Shown here: positions 1 through 6,776 of the stretch, piece after piece
Position numbering within the stretch: the first letter of the stretch is position 1
Layout of the letters: every line of letters begins with the position of its first letter
NCBI GenBank assembly: GCA_038321865.1
Contig: JBBQFH010000052.1
Span: 1-13,447 of the forward strand
Source: Gemmatimonadales bacterium
GTDB taxonomy: Bacteria > Gemmatimonadota > Gemmatimonadetes > Gemmatimonadales > GWC2-71-9
Reading direction: 5' to 3'
Length of the DNA stretch: 13,447 bases
The notes under the pieces: model-generated
What the model was told of the DNA's origin: nothing
Seen by the model: the letters and a program-made list of their open reading frames with translations, nothing else
The model's database searches: none
Made by a program: the position numbers and the translations under genes

Positions 1-22
1 CACCGCTCGAGAGGGCAGGCAT
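1..22 (-). CDS. Possible 5' end of a gene running off the left edge (MPALSSG...); identity unknown
   Basis: Minus-strand ATG at 22 with GAGG (31-28) 5 nt upstream; frame open to the window edge; lies downstream of the predicted promoter at 316-343. Only 7 codons are visible. Confidence 0.4.
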
Positions 23-309
23 GAGGGCCTCGGCTTCGATCCCCAGACCGGATGGCCGTCCCATCTGGTTCGTCGCCGTGAGCGCTGCGAGTCAGGCCGA
101 GTCGCGGACCGGCCATTCGCACTGCATCCCGAGGCGCAAAATCGGGGTGGATGAAGCACGCGACTGGCTTCACCTGCTCAGACGGAGTGCACCTGGATCA
201 ACGATCGCCTTGGCCCTTGGAAGCGTTGGCGGTCTCCCCTGACGTTCCATCCGAACCGTCCGACGTGTCGCCGCTGAAGCCGGGGGCCGCAGCAGGTATC
301 CGACTGACG
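23..309 (-). ncRNA. Candidate structured 5' leader / cis-regulatory RNA
   Basis: No convincing ORF. Hand-identified stems: 291-297/172-178, 256-263/178-185, 152-157/167-172, 125-132/142-149, 86-121, 47-69; complementary loops 159-164 and 101-106. Not recognised as a known family. Confidence 0.35.
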
Positions 310-315
310 TGCTAC

Positions 316-343
316 AAGATAGGCACCTGCGAAATGCTCGCAA
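316..343 (-). promoter_or_regulatory. Putative sigma70-type promoter
   Basis: Minus strand TTGCGA (343-338), 16-nt spacer, TATCTT (321-316); embedded in the inverted repeat 321-349. Confidence 0.5.
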
Positions 344-376
344 GTGCCTGATTTCATTCGGGTTACGCGATCTGCT

Positions 377-461
377 TGTGGACGTCGTGTGGAGAGTTAA
401 GTCCTGCGGCGGCCATGCTCTTGGCCTCTTCCTCCACAATTTGTGGAGATGTGTATCCACA
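377..461. promoter_or_regulatory. Cluster of five degenerate DnaA-box-like motifs
   Basis: TGTGGA at 377, 388 and 442; TCCACA at 433 and 456. Best 9-mer is GTATCCACA (453-461), one mismatch from TTATCCACA; the others have 2-3 mismatches. Perfect inverted repeat CTCCACAA-T-TTGTGGAG at 432-448. Confidence 0.45.
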
Positions 462-477
462 CCGATCGTCGGCCTGT

Positions 478-1044
478 TTACATCGGCACCGGGTTCGGGC
501 GGGCTCCGATCGGCCGCACTTCGATCCCCCAGACCGCGAAAAACCGGGAAAGCGCGTCATCATAGCGGCCGAGTTGGGCCAGGATCGGCTCGGCGCGGCG
601 GTTGCCGTATCCGCGCACTTCCTCGCCGTTGCCGCGCCCGCCCATGGCGGAAAACTCGTCTCCGCAGCGCGTCATCGTCCCGCTGAGCGAATCGAGGCTG
701 CGGACGAGCGCCGCCTGCTCCCGTGCCTGCACCGGCGTCGCGGGGCTGGCCGAGGCGACCGCGCTCCGCGCCCCAGGGATGACGCGGGCCGAGCTCATGC
801 ACGCGGCGCCGACCAGACGCGCGCGCGCGGACAGCGCGGCGGCCGACGTCGCGCGAAAGTCCCGCTGCAGCCGTGCGGCGCTGCTGTTGACGGCATTCAG
901 CGAATCGCGCAGCATCAGCAGGCGGTCGCGGATGCCGGCGCGGCGGGCGTCGATGGGAGCCGCCGGACGGACAAATTCCTGGGCCCGGAGCGCGAGCGGC
1001 GCCGATCCGGCGAGCGTGATGATCAGCAGCAGGGTTCGTGTCAT
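478..1044 (-). CDS. Hypothetical secreted protein, 188 aa, likely helical
   Basis: Signal peptide MTRTLLLIITLAGSAPLALRA-QE; ATGA overlap with the stop of the upstream gene (1041-1044); two Cys. Confidence 0.8.
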   Translation of the reverse strand: MTRTLLLIITLAGSAPLALRAQEFVRPAAPIDARRAGIRDRLLMLRDSLNAVNSSAARLQRDFRATSAAALSARARLVGAACMSSARVIPGARSAVASASPATPVQAREQAALVRSLDSLSGTMTRCGDEFSAMGGRGNGEEVRGYGNRRAEPILAQLGRYDDALSRFFAVWGIEVRPIGARPNPVPM

Positions 1045-1652
1045 GATTCCAGACCGACCTCGATGTACCGGTAGGTCGGCTCGCCTTCATTTGAGGTGAA
1101 CAGGCACCCGGCGGCGCTGGCGGCAAACCATCCGCCGACGAGTGGCCGGGGTGCATCAAGCTCCTTGACGATCGCCGGCAGCCAGCGGCGCATGTGCCGA
1201 AGCTCCGGCGCCCGCCGCCCCAGCAGTGCGAGCAAGGCGCCGGCTCCCGCGGTGGCTCGCAGGAAGTGCGCCAACGCGTGTGCCCGTTGGCTGAACTCCA
1301 CCGCCTTGACGCCCGGCTCGTCGAACAGCACGGCGCCTTCGAACACGTCCATCGGCGGAGCGTCCAGCCGGGGCCCGAGATAGACGTACCGCCGGCCCTT
1401 CTCGGTCTTCCGCTCAACGACCGCGGCCGCCGTCTCGCTGGTGAGCCGGCCGGCGTGCAGCAGGTCGTCGTCCAGGAGAATGCCGACGGCGCCCGTCCAC
1501 TCGAGCGCCGAGAGGGCAGTCTCGATCGGACAGCCGAGCGTATCATCGAACGCCAGGAGGCGAGGAGCCTCGCCGGCGTGCAGCAGCAGGTGCGACAGCC
1601 CCTCGGCCCGATCCGTAAAGGTTCGGACGACGAGGGTGGTGGGAATGGCCAT
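1041..1652 (-). CDS. Hypothetical cytoplasmic protein with a two-fold internal repeat
   Basis: Protein-like composition; ATG at 1652 preferred over TTG at 1658; coupled to the downstream gene; the two halves align by eye. Confidence 0.8.
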   Translation of the reverse strand: MAIPTTLVVRTFTDRAEGLSHLLLHAGEAPRLLAFDDTLGCPIETALSALEWTGAVGILLDDDLLHAGRLTSETAAAVVERKTEKGRRYVYLGPRLDAPPMDVFEGAVLFDEPGVKAVEFSQRAHALAHFLRATAGAGALLALLGRRAPELRHMRRWLPAIVKELDAPRPLVGGWFAASAAGCLFTSNEGEPTYRYIEVGLES

Positions 1653-1694
1653 GCTCAAATCTACTCTGTCGGCACGGGGCCGACGAGGGTGATC

Positions 1695-3689
1695 TCAGGG
1701 CGTGAGCTGAGACCTGGCATCCACCTTCACGATCCAGAGTCCGCTGTTGATGTCTGGAACGTATATGAACCCGTCCCGGTAGATCGCGCCCCAGGCGTTG
1801 GCCGCATTGGGCACGCTCCCCTTGTTGTCACCCGTCACCGCGTGGGCGATCTCCCGCCCCTGCGCCTGCAGGTCTCCCCGCAGCTCGCCCGAGATGTCCA
1901 GCACCCGGAGTCCCCCCTGGTAATCGCCGAGATAGAGTGTGTCGCCGGCCACCCAGACGTTGTGGGTTCCCCCGTCCGTCGGCTCGTACCACGCGACCTC
2001 CTTCGGCTTCGTCAGGTCGGACACGTCGATTACATGCAGACGGCCGAAGGCACGGCCGAGTCCGACGACGCCACCGCCATCGGTGGGACGCGGCTTGGCG
2101 GAGAACACCTCGTCGCCGACGAACACGTACTTCCCGGCACGCCAGGCCGTATGGGTGCCGCGGATGAAGCCGGGCCCGCCGACCGCCTCGACGTTGCGGT
2201 ACAGCGTGTTGAGATCATACTTGAACTGGGACACCAGCTGCGGCTTGTCCGGCGCTCCGCCCTTGACGCCGTTGCCGACGTCGAGGATGACCAGCCCGTC
2301 GTTCCAGTAGCTCAGGTACGCGAGCCCATCCTTGACGTCGATGTCGTGCAGCATGCGCCCCGCCTCGGAACGCGGGGTTTCCCAGCGGCCCACCTGCTTC
2401 GGATGGAGCGGATCCCGGATGTCGATGACCCGCATGGAGCCGGTCGCATCGTCGGTGAGGTACACGTAGCCGCGGTAGATGTAGGTACTGTGCACGCCGC
2501 CGGTCACCGTCTCGGTGAACTCCGCGATCTGCTTCGGATGTGCCGGATCGGCAAAGGAAAGGATCACGATGCCGTTCTTTCGCGTCGAGGCGCCCTCGCG
2601 CGTCATCACGCCGTACTGGCCGTCCTCGGTGGTCATCAGATCGTTGATGGTGCGCGCGTCGGCCATGATCGAATCGGTGATCACCGGCGCCGACGGGTTG
2701 CTCACGTCGATCGCGTAGGTACGATCCCCGATCGTCGTGAGATAGCCGTGCTTGCCGTCGGGGTGCAGCCAGAACTCGGCGGCCTCGCCCTTGATCGGCA
2801 GCCGGCCGACGAGCGTCGTCGGGCGCCGTACATCGCGCGGCCGCACCTCGACCACGGACTCGGCCGTGCGTCCGGCAAAGCTGGCGAGCACGCGGTAGCT
2901 GCCGGGCTCGGATGCCACGAACGCCCCGTCGCCGCCGATCTGGCCGCTGCCGGGAGCGATCGCCCACTCGGGCGTCACGCCGGTCACCGGCCGGCCGGCC
3001 GCCGTGCGTGCCGCAAAACCGAACCGGACGACATCACCGGTTCGCACCGAGGCGGTCGCCGGCGTGAGTTCCACCGCGGCCACCGGGTTTCGCTCCACCG
3101 TCACCGCAACCGTTCTGGTGGCGCGTCCCGCTCGTGCCGTCAGCACGGCGCGCCCCGGACGCCCCGCGACGAACCGCCCGCCGCTCGCGATGGATACGAC
3201 CGCCGGCTGGTCCGACGTCCACGCCACCTGGTCCGACCGCCGGTCGTCGTTGGCGGCGTACGGCGTCGCGTCCACGGTAATGGACTGGCCGGTATACATC
3301 CGTGCGACCACGGGCTCGAGCACGATCTTCGACGCGGGCTGGGGCAGGACGGTGACGCGGGCGAATGCCGTTCTCGGTCTGCCCCCGGCGGCAGGGCTCA
3401 CCGCCGCCGAAAGCGTCAGGGTGCCGGTCGACCCCCCGGTGACCAGCCCGGTGGAATCGACCGACCCCTCGAAGCGGCCGCCGCCCAGGAACCAGCGTAC
3501 CCGCACATCGGGCATGGCGCGGCCGGCCGTATCGTACGCCGTGACCCGCAGCCGCAGCGTGTCGCCGACTTCGAGCGCGGCCTCGGCGGGGACCACGGCG
3601 ACGCGTGCGATCGGCGACACCGCGATCGCGGGGGTTGGCGGCGTGGCGGGCTGTTGCAGGAGCGCGAGCAGAGGAAGGGCGACGAGCAT
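1695..3689 (-). CDS. Secreted protein with Ig-like (BIG2-type) domains and a C-terminal LVIVD-repeat beta-propeller, 664 aa
   Basis: Start reassigned to ATG 3689 (GAGG upstream; hydrophobic leader MLVALPLLALLQQ). Ig-like motifs such as QVAWTSDQPAVVSI and VDSTGLVTG; LVIVD repeats YAIDVSNP, RVIDIRDP, LVILDVGN, LHVIDVSDLTKP, LRVLDISG. Confidence 0.88.
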   Translation of the reverse strand: MLVALPLLALLQQPATPPTPAIAVSPIARVAVVPAEAALEVGDTLRLRVTAYDTAGRAMPDVRVRWFLGGGRFEGSVDSTGLVTGGSTGTLTLSAAVSPAAGGRPRTAFARVTVLPQPASKIVLEPVVARMYTGQSITVDATPYAANDDRRSDQVAWTSDQPAVVSIASGGRFVAGRPGRAVLTARAGRATRTVAVTVERNPVAAVELTPATASVRTGDVVRFGFAARTAAGRPVTGVTPEWAIAPGSGQIGGDGAFVASEPGSYRVLASFAGRTAESVVEVRPRDVRRPTTLVGRLPIKGEAAEFWLHPDGKHGYLTTIGDRTYAIDVSNPSAPVITDSIMADARTINDLMTTEDGQYGVMTREGASTRKNGIVILSFADPAHPKQIAEFTETVTGGVHSTYIYRGYVYLTDDATGSMRVIDIRDPLHPKQVGRWETPRSEAGRMLHDIDVKDGLAYLSYWNDGLVILDVGNGVKGGAPDKPQLVSQFKYDLNTLYRNVEAVGGPGFIRGTHTAWRAGKYVFVGDEVFSAKPRPTDGGGVVGLGRAFGRLHVIDVSDLTKPKEVAWYEPTDGGTHNVWVAGDTLYLGDYQGGLRVLDISGELRGDLQAQGREIAHAVTGDNKGSVPNAANAWGAIYRDGFIYVPDINSGLWIVKVDARSQLTP

Positions 3690-3812
3690 GGCGACCTCGG
3701 GCCGTGGTGAGCGAACGGCTGGATTCGGAGCGCTCAATGTAGCCAGCGGCTCGGCCGCGGGGTACCTTTTCGAGGGAAGGGGCGGGCACGCCGATTCAGC
3801 CGCGGAGCGTCG

Positions 3813-4334
3813 ATGCGGGTCGAGTGGAACAGCTACCAGTCGCCGATCGGCCCGCTCACCATCGTCGAGTGCGACGCCGGGCCGCTGGTCGTCGAGTTTC
3901 CTCCGCGCACCCCGCGAATTCCCTGGGCCGTCCGCCTCCGGGCGACACTGCCGAAGATTCACGTCGCCGAAGGACCGTGCACGGTCACGCGTGGCTGGCT
4001 CGATGCCTACTTCGGCGGCCGGGTCCGGCGCTTTCCGTATCCGGCATATCGCAGCCGATGGCTCGAGCTGTCCCCGTCGCAGACGCTCGTCTTCCGCGCG
4101 ATCCGGCGGATACCCTCCGGCGAGACCCGCTCCTACGACGATCTGGCCCGCGCCACCGGGCTGCACCCAAGACAGATCGGCCAGCTGGTCGGATCGAACC
4201 ACCTTGCCGTCCTCATCCCCTGCCATCGTGTGGTGGGCAAGGACGGCTCGCTCGTGGGGTATGGCGGCGGGCTCAAGGCCAAGCGCTGGCTGCTCGATCA
4301 CGAGCTGCGGCGGGCCGGGGTCGTTCTGCGCTAG
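3813..4334 (+). CDS. ogt: Methylated-DNA--protein-cysteine methyltransferase
   Basis: Active-site IPCHRVVG, plus [22 protein letters not shown] and N-terminal SPIGPL. Confidence 0.93.
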   Translation: MRVEWNSYQSPIGPLTIVECDAGPLVVEFPPRTPRIPWAVRLRATLPKIHVAEGPCTVTRGWLDAYFGGRVRRFPYPAYRSRWLELSPSQTLVFRAIRRIPSGETRSYDDLARATGLHPRQIGQLVGSNHLAVLIPCHRVVGKDGSLVGYGGGLKAKRWLLDHELRRAGVVLR

Positions 4335-4351
4335 GCCGGTCGCGGGTGTTA

Positions 4352-4380
4352 TTGACAAGACCCTTTCCCCGCCGCACGTT
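4352..4380 (+). promoter_or_regulatory. Putative sigma70 promoter for the cold-shock gene
   Basis: Perfect TTGACA (4352-4357), 17-nt spacer, CACGTT (4375-4380). Confidence 0.55.
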
Positions 4381-4429
4381 AGGCAATGCTTTCGCGGTCC
4401 CGGTCTCGACCATAGCCAGCGCTCAACTG

Positions 4430-4464
4430 CCGCTCGGATCCTCCAGGGTCCGGTCGGTTTTTTT
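4430..4464 (+). terminator. Intrinsic terminator-like hairpin between ogt and csp
   Basis: Stem 4430-4441/4446-4457 (11 of 12 positions paired, two G-U), loop TCCA, followed directly by T7 (4458-4464). Confidence 0.6.
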
Positions 4465-4528
4465 CGCCCGGTCACTCCGACCGGGAGTTTTACCGGGGCC
4501 CCGGCCCCCCACAGAAGAGGTTGCGGCA

Positions 4529-4729
4529 ATGGCGAAGGGCACCGTCAAATGGTTCAACGACGCTAAGGGCTTTGGTTTCATCGCGCAGGATGGTGGCAAG
4601 GACGTGTTCGTGCACCACACCGCCATCGTGGCCGAAGGCTTCCGATCGCTGGCCGAAGGCGACCAGGTCGAGTTCGAGGTGGTCGAGGGGCCGAAGGGCC
4701 TTCAGGCCTCGAACGTCCGGAAAGCCTGA
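4529..4729 (+). CDS. csp: Cold-shock protein (CspA family), 66 aa
   Basis: [18 protein letters not shown] (RNP1), DVFVH (RNP2), [20 protein letters not shown] upstream. Confidence 0.97.
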   Translation: MAKGTVKWFNDAKGFGFIAQDGGKDVFVHHTAIVAEGFRSLAEGDQVEFEVVEGPKGLQASNVRKA

Positions 4730-4780
4730 CCAGGGACCCGGCGCCCACCCCTTTCTCCAGCCCAGTCGCTCAACGGAAAC

Positions 4781-4818
4781 CCACGGGCCAGCCGGCCCGT
4801 GGTGGCGGCGTGTCTTTT
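4781..4818 (+). terminator. Possible terminator or stabilising hairpin after csp
   Basis: Perfect 9-bp stem CCACGGGCC-agcc-GGCCCGTGG (4781-4802); the T-run is short and ~12 nt downstream. Confidence 0.4.
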
Positions 4819-4862
4819 GCTGGCCCCGGGGCGGTCCGCCCCTCCGACCGAGGACCTTGCCC

Positions 4863-5417
4863 GTGAATCGCACATCTCCCATCCGCAGCGGCCTGATTGG
4901 CCTCCTGCTCGCTCTCGCAACCCACCAGCTTGCCGCGCAGACCGCGGCGCCGCGCGATGGCGGTCTCGCCTTCTTCGGCTTCCGTCCCGGCGTTCGCCTC
5001 GGCGAGGTGGCTGCGCGGCTCGACAGCCTGGACGGCAGCCGCCTGCGCTGCGATCACGCCAAGGCTGACCGGCACATTACGGAATGTCGCGCCACCGTCG
5101 GCGATCCGTCACTTGGCGGCCCGGTGAACCTGTGGATCTCGGCGATGGACAGCGTGAGCGGCGTGCTCACATTGTCCGGCGACGTCTCCGCCGAGCAGCT
5201 GGACAACTGGCGAGCCGCCCTCGAGGACTCCTACGGACGAGTCGGCGCCCACGTGCAGGGCACCCAGTGGATGATGCAGTGGGTGCGCCGCGGGCGGATG
5301 ATCCGGCTCACGTGGCGGCTCGACCGCGGCAATCGAGTCGCGTCGGTCAGCCTGATCGACGGCAGTGTGCTCGATTCCTGGGGGCGGGCCCGCGCCCACG
5401 CCACCCGCGGCAGCTGA
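4863..5417 (+). CDS. Hypothetical secreted protein, 184 aa
   Basis: GTG at 4863 with GAGGA at 4850-4854; signal peptide ...GLIGLLLALATHQLAA-Q; Cys pair (LRCD...TECR). Confidence 0.78.
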   Translation: MNRTSPIRSGLIGLLLALATHQLAAQTAAPRDGGLAFFGFRPGVRLGEVAARLDSLDGSRLRCDHAKADRHITECRATVGDPSLGGPVNLWISAMDSVSGVLTLSGDVSAEQLDNWRAALEDSYGRVGAHVQGTQWMMQWVRRGRMIRLTWRLDRGNRVASVSLIDGSVLDSWGRARAHATRGS

Positions 5418-5639
5418 GCCGCGGAGAGTACGCCTCTTGCCTTTCCGGTAGCAGCCAGACCGGAGGCCAGCAGCGTCCGCCACGCGTCGCGCGGGACGGA
5501 CGCCGCCGCGAGTGAAGTCTGCAACTCGTTGACTCCGAGACTCTTACATCAGGACTTGAGGTTGCAGGCGCGCCCGAATTACGGCGCGCCCGTGGGCGCC
5601 GCCGCGGACTGGCCGGCGCATTCCGCATGGGAGACCGCC

Positions 5640-6776
5640 GTGGCATTGTTCGAACGTTCGACGCTTTTCGCGTTAGTCGGGCCCGCGCTCGCCGCCGTGC
5701 TCCTGGGCTGCGCCAGCGGCGACACCGCACCGATCCGCATCGGAGTCGCCGGAGCGTTCGACGACCCGATCGGACGGCCGATGCGGCTCGCCGCGGAACT
5801 GGCCGCGGACGAGATCAACGCGGCCGGCGGTGTCAACGGCCGGAAGATCGCCCTGGTCGAGAAGAACGACTTCGGGGATCCGGATTCGGCGGTCGTCGTC
5901 GCGACAGCATTGTACCAGTCGGACGTCAGCGCCGTCATCGGCCATCTCTTTTCCGGCACCACACTCGCGGCGGCACCGGTCTACAACGCCGGCAGCAACC
6001 CGGTCGTGGCCATCTCCCCGTCATCGTCGTCGCCCGAAGTGTCCGGCGCCGGCCCCTACACCTTCCGCGTCTGTCCCAGCGACGATGCGCATGGCGCCGC
6101 GCTCGCCCGCTGGGTGCGGGACCGCCTTGGCCTGCAGCGCGGTACCGTGCTCTATCTGAATAATGAATACGGCCGAGGAGTGCGCCAGCAATTCATAGAC
6201 GAGTTCGTCCGCCGCGGCGGTGAGGTGCTGGCCGAGAGCCCATACCTCGGCGATCGGCCGGAGGTGAGCGCGTACCTCGACCGCATGGTGAAGGACGGCC
6301 ACTCGCAGTTCCTGGTCGTGGCCGGCAACCGAACCGAGGCGGAGGAGATCCTGCGCCAGGCCCGGCATCGCGGTCTCACCATCCCCGTGCTCGGCGGCGA
6401 CGGTCTCGAAGGGATCGAAGAGGCGGGGGCGCTGGCCGAGGGGGTCTACACCTCCATGGCCTACATCTCCCTGCTCGAGACGCCGGCCAATCGGAAGTTC
6501 GTGGCGGCGTACCGCGCCAGGTATCCCGGCGCGCTGGCCCCGAATCAGCCGGCCGCGGCCACGTACGATGCGGTCTACCTGCTGCGTCAGGTCGTCGCCG
6601 GGTCGGGAACGAGCCGCCGGGCGGTGCGGGACGGTGTGCAGCGGGTGAACCTCGCGGCCCCCTTCACCGGCGTGACCGGTGCGATCGCCTTCGACTCCCT
6701 CGGCGACGTGCCTACCCGCCAGGTCTATATCGGCGTGGTCCGCAGCGGCGCCGTTCAGCTCGCGGAGGGCCAGTGA
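5640..6776 (+). CDS. LivJ/LivK-like (branched-chain amino acid type) periplasmic solute-binding lipoprotein
   Basis: GTG at 5640 with GGGAG upstream; lipobox LLGC; family motifs [44 protein letters not shown]. Confidence 0.9.
   Translation: MALFERSTLFALVGPALAAVLLGCASGDTAPIRIGVAGAFDDPIGRPMRLAAELAADEINAAGGVNGRKIALVEKNDFGDPDSAVVVATALYQSDVSAVIGHLFSGTTLAAAPVYNAGSNPVVAISPSSSSPEVSGAGPYTFRVCPSDDAHGAALARWVRDRLGLQRGTVLYLNNEYGRGVRQQFIDEFVRRGGEVLAESPYLGDRPEVSAYLDRMVKDGHSQFLVVAGNRTEAEEILRQARHRGLTIPVLGGDGLEGIEEAGALAEGVYTSMAYISLLETPANRKFVAAYRARYPGALAPNQPAAATYDAVYLLRQVVAGSGTSRRAVRDGVQRVNLAAPFTGVTGAIAFDSLGDVPTRQVYIGVVRSGAVQLAEGQ

Noticed and set aside
226..246. Minus-strand GUCAGGGGAGACCGCC resembles the cobalamin riboswitch B12 box
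   Set aside because: It has two extra Gs, and the upstream hallmarks (GGGAA, GGUG.AA.UCC, GCCACUG) are absent.
21..460. Short ORFs 21..242, 151..351 and 170..460
   Set aside because: No motifs or convincing SDs, and they overlap dense regulatory signals.
377..461. oriC
   Set aside because: The boxes are mostly degenerate, there is no AT-rich unwinding element and no dnaA/dnaN in view; a regulatory role fits better.
34..536. Near-identical CTTCGATCCCC(C)AGACCG at 34-50 and 519-536, also T-loop-like
   Set aside because: One copy is inside a CDS and differs by an indel; there is no cloverleaf, integrase or element between them; treated as probable chance.
1194..3710. 838-aa plus-strand ORF (likewise 3004..4566, 11258..12322, 10605..11339, 7151..8002)
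   Set aside because: Antisense shadows of well-supported genes in high-GC DNA, with no recognisable motifs.
3824..4528. Long N-terminal extension of csp (301-aa ORF)
   Set aside because: It overlaps ogt out of frame; the canonical Csp begins at 4529 with its own SD.
3690..4529. 280-aa N-terminal extension in the 944-aa ORF
   Set aside because: It overlaps ogt antisense; the SD and hydrophobic leader support ATG 3689.
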